DNA from: Octopus bimaculoides
Taxonomy: Eukaryota
Reading direction: 5' to 3'
Assembly (NCBI RefSeq): GCF_001194135.2
Contig: NC_068983.1
Location: 25,419,386-25,483,385, forward strand
Length of the DNA: 64,000 nt
The translations under genes were made by a program, and so were the position numbers. The notes beneath the pieces are model-generated. The model saw only the letters and a program-made list of their open reading frames with translations. It searched no databases and had not been told where the DNA came from. This document shows positions 39,470 through 52,289 of this stretch, in pieces. Every line of letters starts with the position of its first letter. The stretch's first letter is position 1.

Positions 39470-39701
39470 TTCGTCCATCTTTACGTTCTGAGTTCAGTGA
39501 AGCTTTACCTAGCGCCAAGAGGTTATTGACTGATATTTCCAGCAAATAACTGTACTGTGTGTACGACTAATTCATATCTATATAAATTAGTGTGTGTGTG
39601 TGTCTATGCGCGCTTGCACGCAAATAGGAACATGTACATTTATATCCTTATGTGCACACATAAAAATTAATGTCACTACACACATACATATATATAGAAA
39701 T

Positions 39702-39733
<32 letters not shown>

Positions 39734-39917
39734 ATGCTATACAAAAACTTCGCTACATGCACATGTGCTAGCAAATGTAACCATATGCAATGTATCCTGA
39801 ATATGGAAATTCGAATATTATTTCGCAAATCACTTGTTCTAACAATCCACATGTACATCAACACATATGCAGGCGCACACATGCATATACACACACATGC
39901 ACACAGGCGTGTATACA

Positions 39918-40214
39918 ACTCAGAATGTATAGACAGACGAAATGACCCTATGCATTTTGCCCGGCGTTCTATAGATTCTGCCAGTTATTGACAGTAAATA
40001 TTGAATTCAAATTTTGTCACAAGGCCAGCAGTTTTGGGGGGTGGAGTTAAGTCCATCACATCGACCCCAGTATTGAACTGGTACTTATTTTATCGATCTC
40101 GAAAGAACGAAATGCAATGTCGACCGCAAACGGATTTGGACTCAGAACGTAACGACGGACGAAATGCCGCTACGCACTTTGCCTGTCGTGATAACGATTC
40201 TGTCAGCTCGCCAC
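39918..40214 (-). mobile_element. SINE family A head fragment (39918-39986) plus full copy (39998-40214)
   Basis: Reverse complement of the consensus. Confidence 0.85.
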
Positions 40215-40642
40215 TCATAGTAAATATTGCCACCGTGAGTGATTGTGTCAGTTGCATTTCCAGCCTGTATGTTGCTATTCGCAAACTAAGTCCATTATAT
40301 TTATATCTCCACTTTTTATATATAGAACTGTTTCCGTTTTATGAGGTTATATAGGTTTAATACTTTTAGAAAACATTTAAGCTTTTATATGCATTAGGAG
40401 ATTAAACTCTGAACTTAATTTCCAGTCGTTGCTCTATTGGTCTTAGTGAGTTGTTAGTTTAGTGACTAGATATATTTTTATTCATGTATCTGGGACAATT
40501 GCTAATTTGATAGAAACTAGATTTGAAAGTATTCACAGTTAATCCGATTTAAAATTTCTTATTTATCCTTGATTTTGGCGGATGCAACTATGCTGTACAC
40601 TATATATTTGTATAATAAAATCTGATGAGAGAAGTTATTGGG

Positions 40643-41292
40643 TAATAGATTTAGATATCAGGAGTGAGATAGAGATGGTGATGCTGACTGTTTCTGGTGT
40701 TGACTTTGACTATTGGTTCTGACAAGTTATGTTTAGTGATGTGACATAATTTGGTATCGGTATAAGAATAACCTATTGTTTCCTGGCTACTGAACTGATT
40801 TTCTACTAAAAGCTACTGCAAGATTTTTGCGGGCAGTGAGGTTGACTGGCAAGAGGTGTTAATGTATGTGAGTATGTGTGTATGTGTGTGTTTGTGTGAT
40901 ATGTGTGTGTGTGTGGTGTGTGTATGTGTATGTATGTCTGTGCGGTGTGTGCATGTGTGTGCTTGTGTGTGCATGTGTGTGTGATCTGCGTATTTTCTAT
41001 TATGTCGATATCCTTAACTATGCTATACATACATTTATATAATAGAATCTTATGAGAGGAGTAAGGCAGAGGTGGTGATACCGGAAGTTTCTGGTGTGCA
41101 TTATGGCTTTTGGCTCCAGCAAGTTAGGTTTAGAGATGTCTTAGTTAAGTATCGGTGCAAAAATAACCTTTGGTATTCTGGTTGTTGAAGTAATTTTCTA
41201 CTAAAAATTACTGCAATATTTCTGCGGGCACTGAAATTGAATGGCAGGAGGTGTTAATGTATGTGTGTGTGTCTATTATGCCGATATCCTTA
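40643..41292 (+). repeat. Diverged tandem duplication, offset 397 bp (40643-41017 and 41040-41292)
   Basis: 71-bp core attttctactaaaa...gaggtgttaatgtatgtg has about 9 mismatches; shared end ctattatg.cgatatcctta. Confidence 0.85.
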
Positions 41293-41790
41293 TATCCCAA
41301 AATTGTTAGGTTGGAATGTTTGTGCGCTTACAGGTCTGAGAAGAAATCAAATTATTCCCAGACTGAACGTTTCCATGATATAAGTAGTATGTACATAATT
41401 TTACATTACTTGATATTAAAATCTATACGCATGTATTCTTGAAAATATATGCAGAAATCTATTATGTGATTATTATTAGATGTGTAGTGATTTTAATGCC
41501 TGAAGGCTGTGTCCATATATTTTTAAGTTCACGTATATATGTTTATTTTCTTTCTCCCTCAATTTTATCAATTTATGGTGGACCAGAAATTGAAAGAATA
41601 ATTATTGGAGGTTGCATCATAAGAAGATGAGGGAAAAGAAGTAGCAGAAGAAGCGGGTAGAGTGGGTGAGTAGGAGGAGATGAAAAAGTTGTAGTGAGTG
41701 TTAAAACGATGATAATATTATTGGAAGAAGTTGACAATGAGTCTGAGAAGTTAGCAAGAAGGAGATGGAGAAAAGGAGTAGAAACCGAAC

Positions 41791-41847
<57 letters not shown>

Positions 41848-41850
41848 GAA

Positions 41851-41913
<63 letters not shown>

Positions 41914-42002
41914 AAGAAGAAGGAAGAGAGAGGCCAGGAGAAGAAAAAGGAAGAGAGAGGCCAGGAGAAGAAAAAGGAGGAAGACATAAAGAGGTGTCAC
42001 TG

Positions 42003-42040
<38 letters not shown>

Positions 42041-42120
42041 GGAGTTGTAGTAGTAGTAGTAGCAGCAGCAGTAATACTAGAAGTAGTAGTAGTAGTAGTA
42101 GTTGTTGTTGTTGTTGTTTA
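41791..42120. repeat. (GTA)n, 27-bp direct repeat x2 (41922-41975), (ATT)n, (GTA/GCA/GTT)n low-complexity block
   Basis: Direct reading; source of the poly-V/S/L/Y ORFs. Confidence 0.95.
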
Positions 42121-42715
42121 CGTACACAAAGAAGGAGAAGACAAAGTAGTAGAAAACGAAGGAAGAAGAAGTAATTATTCGCTCTTCCCCTTTTAGTGTA
42201 TAGTGGAGAGCTGGTTGTTTTAAGTGGTCAAGTATTTAACAGAACTAATGAGACAATCATCTAGATCGGGAATAATAAGCTGACCGACATTCTTTAGTTC
42301 CAAGAACCAATCAAAGGATTTCTGAATGTGTATGCGGAAGGGGACATTCTTTGAAAATTCTAATGTAACACGATTTTAATTGAACATAGCACGTAAGGTG
42401 AAACCAATAACGAGAAAGAGGAAGAATGCGAGCGATGGGGAAAAGGTGGAGATAAATCGAAAGAATGTATGTGAGGTATTGGATTAAGGTTTCGTATTCA
42501 GCCTTTATAATCAATAATATTACAGCAGGTGCAATCTCATACAACGTTCGTATAAGCGATACCAACGCTGAATCTTATTGGCAACCAATGGACGTGTTAG
42601 AAATATTACCTAAACTCCAGTTTCAAATCCCACGGTGCTTTCCTAATAGATGTGTTGCTTTTATGATGCTGTTCTGTATTAACTATCTAAGATAATAAGG
42701 AAGAGAGGGAGAGGG

Positions 42716-42746
<31 letters not shown>

Positions 42747-43470
42747 TGGGTGAAGGAGAGAGGAGAATGAGGAGGAAAGAGTGAAGAAACAACATGGCAA
42801 CTGCTGCTATATTTTTCATCATACGTTTACTCGATAATGATCAGATGGTAAATATAGTATTGTAGTTAATGCTATGTATTAAATGTATTTGTTAATACAT
42901 CAATCACTGCTGTCAATTTGGACTACTATCATTGATGGTATTTGTTCTTGAGTCATCGCTATCATCACAGACAAATACATCTTAGGTCCCAAATTTCGCA
43001 TTACTGATTGAATAATCGGTACGGTGTGAATCTCGGCTTTTATTTGTACTGTCACAGTTGGTCATCTCCACTTCATCCGCTGATATACTAGTTTAGTGGG
43101 TGAGTAGTTCATTTCAGTAATAAATCACTTCAGTCATCCCATTGGGTTTATAAAATCACAACTCTCATTAGCTGATCTCATCAAGAATGAAACATTTACA
43201 TATCCTGTTCCCTGAGATCTGTAGTACCTGTAAATGCGAGTTTAAACCACTGGAAATACATAACTGTCTATTTTGAATTAGAACTGAATTCAGAACAGCA
43301 ACCATTTTTTAAATTTTAAGCAGGAGCAGATCACCTAGAAAGTTTACCCCCAAATTTTCCATTCACAGTTTCTCTCAACCTTCACCCATTCACTAGTTCT
43401 GGTGGACGTGAACAAGAACACTGGATAGAATAACGTTCTTTAGCATTAATTTTCCCTTTAAACTTTAGTA

Positions 43471-43670
43471 AAGCGGCGACTTGATAGAATCGTTAGCACG
43501 CATTTTTTACGTCCTAACGTTCTGAGTGTAAATTCTGCCGAGGTCGACTTTCCTTCCATCCCTTCAGTTATCCATAAAATAAGTACCAATTGAGCTCTGG
43601 GTATCAGTATAATCGATTTATCCCCGCCATCAATATTGCTGGCCTTGTGTCAAAATTTGAAACCAATATT
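43471..43670 (+). mobile_element. SINE family A with an internal deletion
   Basis: aagcggcgacttgatagaatcgttagcacg...ctgagtgtaaattctgccgaggtcgactttcc. Confidence 0.85.
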
Positions 43671-44539
43671 AATAAAGGTGAAACCTCTATGCTGTCAGTA
43701 CAAGAGACTGGAACAATAATATAGTGGTAAGTTTCATCTAAAGCTTATTTTTGTTTATAGTTACCGCTTTCACAGTAGAGATCTTAGATGGTACGTCAAA
43801 TGTTAAGCGAACGTCATCAATACTCACTCTTTATCCTTGCAAATTTGTTTGTCTTCCAGCGGGGGTAGCATATATCTGAAAACTCAAGTATTTGTCATCA
43901 TAATAATAAGAGGCATTGAATCCATGCTCATAATTGCTATGTCTCGGTAATATTTCTTCGTGAAACTAGCATAAAAAAACAGGTTCTAGCAAGGCATATG
44001 CATCTTCACTAAGCGGATTTCTAGTTTAAGCACCCCATGTCTCCCCTCATAACTTTTTTTATCGTTTGGAATTTTCAGAAAATGCTTTAGAATTTGGGTT
44101 CTATACAGGGGAATTCATACGATTATGGCAAACGAAAAATATTCTTTTGTGTGTGTGATTTAAGGGCAATTTAGCTGTTGTTTTTAGTACATCCCATGAT
44201 CACCTGATACCATCCTCGTTTCTTGTCCCGTCTGACATGTATTGATGTTTTTCAATGTTTTTCTTCCCATAAACACATTTAAGGGAATGCGGATGCACCC
44301 ACCAGTGTTTAAGCAAAAAACGGTATTTAAGCAAAGAAAATGGAAAGAGGGTGGAAATTTTAGAATTTATGGGGATGGGTTTAAGAATTAAAAAAAAAAA
44401 GACATTTTTCATAATCATATGAATTCTCGTGTGTAGAAAGCACCTTGGCAAAAATTTTCTGAAAATTACAAAAAATAAAAAAAGTTTCTGTGAAATTCTT
44501 TTCATGAACATTATCATCGACCTTCAAATTTTATTTCGT

Positions 44540-44646
44540 TTATTGCATATCGATAAGTTTATGATTTTCAGAGGCTTCTTCAGTATGTTCAAATCCATGT
44601 TTTTCTAGTCCGTTGTTATCTATGACACCTCCTTCTTCTAAATTTC
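44540..44646 (-). other. Candidate terminal coding exon (unverified)
   Basis: cccattcgtcag acceptor, then (G)NLEEGGVIDNNGLEKHGFEHTEEASENHKLIDMQ-stop; purine-rich codons; no linked upstream exon found. Confidence 0.2.
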
Positions 44647-45827
44647 CTGACGAATGGGCTTAGTTGCTGGGATACTCAGCTAACAATACACTTACTACTA
44701 ACTTCGGTGGAAGATATTCATTTCTACAAATCTAGAAAGTGTCATCATTTTTATTAATTCATCAGAGACAAAACAAAGCAAATTATGTGAAATTATCATT
44801 GCCATTAATCATTTGTGTAACACTGGAGTATATTTATTACATACATATTGTTGTGCGTATTCATATAAGGACAGGCATATATATATATATATATACGTGT
44901 GACTGTATGACTGTTATCTTTTCTAAGCTGATTTAGTGCATAAACGTTTTCTCTTATTAGATCTAAGAACACGCAGTTTCTGTTGTGTGGTTCTAGGTCA
45001 GTCACGGAATCGATTAAGACGTTGAAAATCACGTTGGTAAACGAATAGCAAAAAGAATGTCGTTCAACGTAACCATTGTTCTGATCGGCGGCGGATGATT
45101 TATGAATGACTTAGTTGCTATTTTGAACAGTTCGCTTAACCACGTGTGAGATGAATGATAACACAATGATCTGGCAAATTACTAAACCAAACACAGAGGC
45201 ACGTACACAGATATATACACACACAAACACGCACGCACGTACACAGATACATACACTCACACACACACTCACTCTCTCTTTATCTTTCTCCTCTATCTTC
45301 CCCCTCCCTCTCTTTTTCTTTCCCCACTCTCTTCCCCCATCTCTCTCTCACACACATACACAAACATTCTCATCTTTTCTTACTCTGATCACAATTTCTC
45401 TTTTTTTAGGTTGTATGGTAATTACTGTAGTGAAATAATTGTTAATGGTGTTGTGAGTTTTGACTTATGTGGGGAGGGCCATAAAAGAGAGCTATACGCA
45501 TATAAAAACACATACATCATGATAAGAGAGAACGGATTTGTGCACACTTTCCGTTATCTATATTTCAATGAAAACGATTCAAACATATTATTATCAAATA
45601 TTAGCAAAAGGCTCTGACCGTTGTGATTGCAAAGCAATTATCTTCAATATGCAACAATGCTGGCACCATGTCTTAAGAAATTGCCATGAGAAATGTCTCT
45701 ATATTGTGAGGGGCAAGATTCTCCGCTAATCATTATTTTTGTGTTTCCTGACCACTGTACATTCCTTAAGTTATATTTACTTACGCAAAAAATAATTTTA
45801 ATATAACTTAGAATAAAATATTGGTTT

Positions 45828-45904
45828 CAAACGCAAAAAGACGGAGAAACTGCCGCTAAGCATTTTGTCAGACGTACTAACGATTCTGCCAATTCACTGC
45901 CTTA
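45828..45904 (-). mobile_element. SINE family A head fragment
   Basis: ccgctaagcattttgtcagacgtactaacgattctgccaattcactgcctt. Confidence 0.8.
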
Positions 45905-45943
45905 ATTTCAATAAGAATATTGACCTTATTATTCTACAAAAGA

Positions 45944-46250
45944 AAGGCGGCAAGATGGCATATGTGTAAACACGCCAGATAAAATCCTTACGGCATTGCG
46001 TCTCATCTTCTTTTCAGCTCAAACCTCGCCGGGGTAGACTTTGCCTTTCGATGTCGAGAAATAAATTATGGTTGAAAACTTAGTCTTAGAAACTTAATCT
46101 TAGTGTTAAGTCTTCCTGTGCTGTGTGGCGCATTGGGCAGCAAGGCTTCTCCAACGAAGTTATCCAAGGTTGAAAACTAGGTCGATATAATCCTTCAGCT
46201 CTCCCCAGAAATTTCAGGCCTTGTGCCCGTAGTAGAAATAATTGTATAGA
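45944..46250 (+). mobile_element. SINE family A interrupted by an 87-bp insertion (46081-46167)
   Basis: Head aaggcggcaagatggc; body; ggttgaaaact duplicated at 46070-46080 and 46168-46178; 3' end aatttcaggccttgtgccc. Confidence 0.8.
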
Positions 46251-47534
46251 AAAGGAAACAAATATATTACCTTTTATGCAATCATTTGATATATTGTCGC
46301 GGGTATTTTAATGTTATGTTTTAAATTTCCTTTGATATTTACAGTTGGATTTTGAAGTCAATGAGGGAGCCTCCATGTGGTCTCATACCCAGCTTGAAAT
46401 AGCAGATAAATCTTGCTCAAATTGTACAATTCTATTTTAACAGAATGAAGTACGCAGTAGATAATATATTCCTAAATCTTATTAAAAGGACTATTAATAT
46501 CTTTGATGATAGCTATACATATCGATGTCTTCCGCTCCCTATGTCTGGGACTAAATACAACGGAAATTGTGAGTTAAATTCCATCTCATTCATCGTACAC
46601 CAACAAATCATTCCCTTTATTTGTATGTCCATTCTGTAGCAACATCATTGGTTTCATTTAAGATTAATGAGTTGATTCATCAGTATTCTACAGTAAAAGA
46701 TATTTCGTGAATCAGAAGACGTGTCTATTTACTTTGCTAAACACAAATACACACAATATATACACACATACTGACACACGTGTGAGTATGTGTGCGTATA
46801 TTCGTGTAAATATATCATTATACTATGTTTATATAAAAAGTGATTATCAGCACAAGAATGAATTAAACATACATATAGCATGCATACATTTACAGAGAAA
46901 ATTACATACATGTGTGTATACGCGCACAAACACAGCACACATATTGAGAGGTATGTAGTTACCATTCACACACAAACACATACAGTCACGCGCGCGCACA
47001 CACGCATACACATATGTACATAAACACATACATGTGTGTTTGTTTACAAAATACTTTGGAAAATGTTAGATAGCTTAGCTGAAGATATCGTGACAGATTA
47101 TCACTCATTGCAGCTTACCGTGACAACCATCTTACCATGACAAGTAGTCGTTTCTACAAAGATCTACTGTTTAGAAGACGTTCGCTCAAGAAACATCCTG
47201 TGGCCATTCATCTTCCATTACTTTTCGTTTCATTTCGCTTTCAATAGCAATGTGAGAAGTCATTACGGCTTTATTTATTATGTACTATTTGAAAAGATAT
47301 AATTTAAAGAAGGCTAATTCAGTGTACGTTTTCCACACGTCATTCAAAGAGACGTTGATAATGTTCCGTTCGCCGCTATATTCTGTTTCAGCAAAGCCGC
47401 ATAAAAGAATAAACTGGAAATATTAAAGAGTTAGATACACTCTTCTGAATAATTTAAAACTTGTTTTCTGATCAGTGTTTTTCAAAAGAATTGTTTATTT
47501 CTGTTTTATTAAGCAAATATTGAAAATCGTGATG

Positions 47535-47640
47535 ATATATATATATATATANNNNNNNNNNNNNNNNNNNNNNNNNNNNNNNNNNNNNNNNNNNNNNNNN
47601 NNNNNNNNNNNNNNNNNNNNNNNNNNNNNATATATATACA
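47535..47640. repeat. (TA)n around N-gap 47552-47629
   Basis: Direct reading. Confidence 0.95.
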
Positions 47641-47869
47641 AGAATAAGAGGAATGACCAGCAAATGTGGATTCCTGAATGATCAATATCAATTTCTACCC
47701 TCATTAATAAATTTTTAAATATATATATATATAACGTGAGAGAGTTAGGGGTTGGGGGTTCAACCCACTAAGGGATAGTATCTATCCAGTATACTGCTGG
47801 GAGGGTACCCAATTATTGCTACACTAGTGCTATACTAGGTGCAATCAATGGGAGCGGGTAAAAGTGGTG

Positions 47870-47904
<35 letters not shown>

Positions 47905-48604
47905 CAAAATAAGCAACAGGATATCAAGAGGTGGTGCAGTACGACTGTTTCGATCGAATCCCTTTAATTGAGCAATGCAATCATTATATCAATTTAAATG
48001 TAGGGCTATAGTCAGTTGCACAAATAAATAGAATTTTAATCAGTTGGACACATTAATATAATTTTTCTCTAATACTTTAACAAAAAAAATAAGATGGAAG
48101 AAATCCATGTTGTCGCTATTGTAGCTAAGAATAGACTACACTCCCAAGAAAGGTATGGAACTTACTAGGGTCATAGCTCGTAAAGGATTGAGGTTCATCT
48201 AAGACTAGATGACTGTGTCTGTTTGGAAGGAAGGGCCAGAGTGAGTTGATAACTCATGGCTAGGTATGGTCATAAATATTGTCACGATATTAGGAGTAGT
48301 AAATTGGATATAAAGTAATTGTCTCTAAAGGAAGCTGGGTAGGGGAAGACCCTAAATCATGATGTCAGTTATCAGTTAAAGGAGTAAGACGCTAATAAAA
48401 GCTATGATGTTAATACAGAGGAAATTTTATCATGAGGTACTATGGGTGATTGTTTATAAACAATATTGTTATATTTTGTAAAGATAAAATTTAAGATTAT
48501 CAAAAATTATATCATAACCCAAATTGGTAAAATGCATGTATATATCAATTTTCAAAACTAAAAAGGAAAGGTTACGTAGAATCAGTTTAATATTCATTCA
48601 TGTA

Positions 48605-48890
48605 CTTAATTATTTCTAATCCGTTCTAACTTTTGAATGAGGCGACTTTATAGAGCCCAGGTTTCGCAGGCATATAGCAAGGCTAAAATGACAACAGCAT
48701 TACAGACCATAATTTTTGTTGCTGAGTTTATATTATATGTTGTTGAAGACGCTTTTGATTAGCTTTTCAGCTTCATTGTATGCCGCACCAATTCTGTGTT
48801 CCATATCTGTTTCTGATGTACACTGGTTTGATAAGGTGATATAGATATGCAAAATGCTCTACTTGTTCGAAAGGTGCACCGGATCACGTT
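48605..48890 (-). pseudogene. RTE (BovB-like) LINE reverse transcriptase fragment
   Basis: SGAPFEQVEHFAYL / SNQCTSETDMEHRIGAAY...KSVF / TKIMVCNAVVILALLYACETWAL*SRLIQKLER; the LLYACETW motif is typical of the RTE RT thumb region. Confidence 0.85.
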
Positions 48891-49430
48891 CTTCCATCTT
48901 CGATCGCTTTGTTCACATTAGACGTATTTATATACGAAATAAATCAGTGCTGCTTTAATTTCTATAGAAAATCTATAGAGATAACCTTAAAATAGGATTT
49001 AATAGCATTGCTAACACGGTAGGACACGTAGGACACAGCATTGAGTTATAAAGCGTTTCATATACTTTGTAGTATATTATGGCATAACGAAATACAGTGT
49101 CTCTACAAGTAAATATGTTCATACCAACTGCCAGGAATATGTTTAATATGTAAAATTCGTATGTAAAATAGTATTACACCGTTATACGTAGTAGTTATTT
49201 AAGCAATGAGCACCAGAATGGTTAATGGAATGATTGTGGTGCTGGAGAGGGAGGAATAGCTTCTGAAATGCATATATACCCATTAACTATATTTCCATTT
49301 TCGATCGCATTGTTTACATTAGACGTTCGGATACGAAACGTAGTAGCAAATCAGTGTTGCTTATAAATTGTGAAGAATATTTGTAGATATAACCTTAAAA
49401 AATAATAAAATGAGATTATCAATAGCCTTT
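48890..49430 (+). repeat. Unclassified repeat, two tandem partial copies about 400 bp apart; third copy at 62530-62840
   Basis: ttcgatcgc.ttgtt.acattagacg at 48900 and 49301; tgagttataaa..cgttt.atatactttgtagtata shared with 62770-62805. Confidence 0.8.
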
Positions 49431-49539
49431 ATATTTCGAAACCCTATTACTTCTATATATATAGGTACTACATATATAGGTACTACATATATAGGTAGGT
49501 CTTAACATGGACCATACGAAAACAAAATATATGCAGTCG

Positions 49540-50150
49540 AAAGACGTAAGTACAAAGCCGAATTAAGATGGGAAGTGATGAAATCGAGGTGAAGAAGTAC
49601 GTCTGTTTAGGGCACACAGTAAATATGCTTCGAGATATGGATGCTGAAATCTCAAAGAAAATAAGGGCAGAATGGAAATTATACAACGGATTTGCTCCAA
49701 ACAAAGCTAGACACTACCATACGCGACTCTTCTATAACCCCACACTACCAGCGCTCTTATAAGTACGTGAGACAAGGGCTACTACAAAGCGGATAGAACA
49801 TCGATGGACTACGACGCAAAGGTCAATGAGAGAGTACATTCGAAATGAGATAATTCGAGAACGAAGCGGAGTAAATGTGATTGGATTGCAGAGTGCTGAA
49901 GGCACATGTCCCACTGGAGATGTCGCAAGGATAACGAACAACAGGCAGAGCAGTTCAGTTTCCGAGTGGGATCCAAAGGATGGGAAAAGGCCATTTCTCA
50001 TCTACACAACGATGAGAAGACGAATTAGTCAAAACATGTGGATCAAGATGGAAAAAAAAAATGGTTCAATCAAGGCAAAATTGGAAGTGTATTGTGACCA
50101 GCAGTGTATAACTGCATCTGATGGTCTGGTCGATACTGTGATGCTGTGAT
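49540..50150 (+). pseudogene. RTE-clade LINE 3' fragment (RT C-terminal region)
   Basis: KKYVCLGHTVNMLRDMDAEISKKIRAEWK...RLFYNPTLPALL / ETRATTK...IRNEIIRERSGV...GDVARITNNR...EWDPKDGKRP resembles RTE-1; short gatactgtgatgctgtgata repeat tail. Confidence 0.9.
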
Positions 50151-51023
50151 ATATACATAGGTCTGTGTGAGGGTGTGTGTGTGTGTGTGCGTTCGTGTGT
50201 GTGCTTGTCTTTTCTAGTATTGTACTAAATACAATGGATGTTTAGATTTGACCATAATTACACTAAGCTGAGTTCTTATAAAATCCAGATCTGTCTGGTG
50301 TTATCAGCGTATCGATCAGGCATCAGAGTTTCTCATCGGTTTATGCATCCATTCAGTTTACTCATTTTGCATTTCAGTGAATTCTTCTGTGACTTTGAAA
50401 AGAATTAGTATTAATGATGATAAGTATTTTGTGTATTACCAGCATAAATTTAATTGATTAAACATTTGTTATCTAACTTAAATTAATCATTGGATGCTTC
50501 TAGCAAGCATATGTATTTATATACTCAAAAGCATCCCCTGGAGATTTGGTAGAAACCTTATTTCAATTTGTTTATTCAGCGACTGCATATATATGTGTGT
50601 GTGTGTGTTATGTGGGTTTGTTTGTGTTTGTGTATGTTTTGATGCCGAAATGTTTTCGCCTTTTCTGCTGCCACAGCGAGAAAGCATTGTTTAATATTTA
50701 AAAAATGAAAATATTTTCAAACTACATTTGTGGAAGAATAATAATATTGTAGTTTGAACTACTTAAGGAAGCAATAACTTCCTTTCCATTGCTTAATGCT
50801 AGGAAGATTTAGCCATTTTAGGATTAAATAAATTGGATAATTACGTAGAAACATCATTTAAATGGTTACATATGTTCAAGATGTGAATACTTATATTTCA
50901 CGACCTCTTTCTTGAAGCATATGTATAACTATATATGTAGTATGAACAAGATCGTAAACAAAACACATGCGTATTTATATGAATACAATGATTAATGTAT
51001 AACTACTTTAGCTCAACACCTAA

Positions 51024-51242
51024 ATATTGATTTCAAATTTTAGCACAAGGTCAGCAAATTCGGGGACGGAAACGAGTAGACTACATCGACCTCAGTGATC
51101 CACTTGTACTTATTTTATCGACCCTGAAAACATGAAAAGTAAAGTCAGCCTTGGTGGAATTAGAACTCAGAACGTAAAGATAAATGAGATAACGCTAAGC
51201 ATTTAATCCGGTTTCCTAACTATTCTGCCAGTTTACCACCAT
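51024..51242 (-). mobile_element. SINE family A, full length
   Basis: Reverse complement of the consensus. Confidence 0.85.
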
Positions 51243-52289
51243 TTCCGCCTAAATTTTTGCTTACGTCTGCATAAATTACGTGTAGTGCCTTACAGTCTTT
51301 TATAATTATTAACTTAATTTGTAATTTCAGTATTTTAATTACAGTATTTGTTAATATAATTATTTGTGGATAATACTTGATAGATTAAAAACAAAAATGG
51401 TTTCTTTCTAGTATCTATCAATTTCTTTTCTTCGATGAATTTACTGCCGTTCTCTGAAGAAAACGAAAATTCTCAATGAAATGTTTTATTTTATAAAAAA
51501 AACTCCATTAATATTGTAACAGATTATCTAATAAATGATCGACAAATAAATAATAAATGCTGCAGCTTGTCAATACATGTGCACAGTAAATCTTTCTGAC
51601 GAAACATTTACACCTACACGAGTAAAACAAATACAATATCTCGGTTCCAAAAGATAAATAATACGATACTCTCAGGAGTGTTATCATACGAAACAAACAG
51701 CTGACGATGTACAGTGCGAGATTCAAGTGATACTTATCGTGGAACGATATTCCGATACCAACTTCTAATCTATTGTTCTCGCTTGTTGAAGTTGTTTATG
51801 ATGAAATATGAAAATATGAAGAGAAAATTAACGTATGATTATTCAATGATATAGAAATATAATGATCGTGTGAGATAATATATTGCTTCCCCTGTAATAA
51901 CAATAAGTAGAAACAAAATAAATTCCACAAAAAAAAAAAAAATATATCAGCAGATAGGATTCTAGAGTCAAACACTTTGATGAAAAAATTTCTATGAAAT
52001 TATTTAATAGATTATCCATTCACGAATAAAATATATCTCTTGAATCCACAACTTCGGTATAGTTTCAGACCTTTCGATGTGGTTCAACTTTTTTAATATT
52101 TACCAAAGTATATAATCAGATATAATTATAGTTAAAATACTTTAAGAACAAACTGGTATAACAAAATATATTAGACGTACTTAGCAATAATCAGTCTTAT
52201 CTTGGTAAATTACGCAACTTAGAATTATAGCGGAATCGCAGACTGAATCGAAAGGACATATAGCATTTAATGATGCTTTGTAAAGCAGC

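Noticed and set aside
42465-42695. ORF with GAISYNVRISD resembling an FN3 strand
   Set aside because: Too short, lacks the other FN3 conserved residues, weak donor
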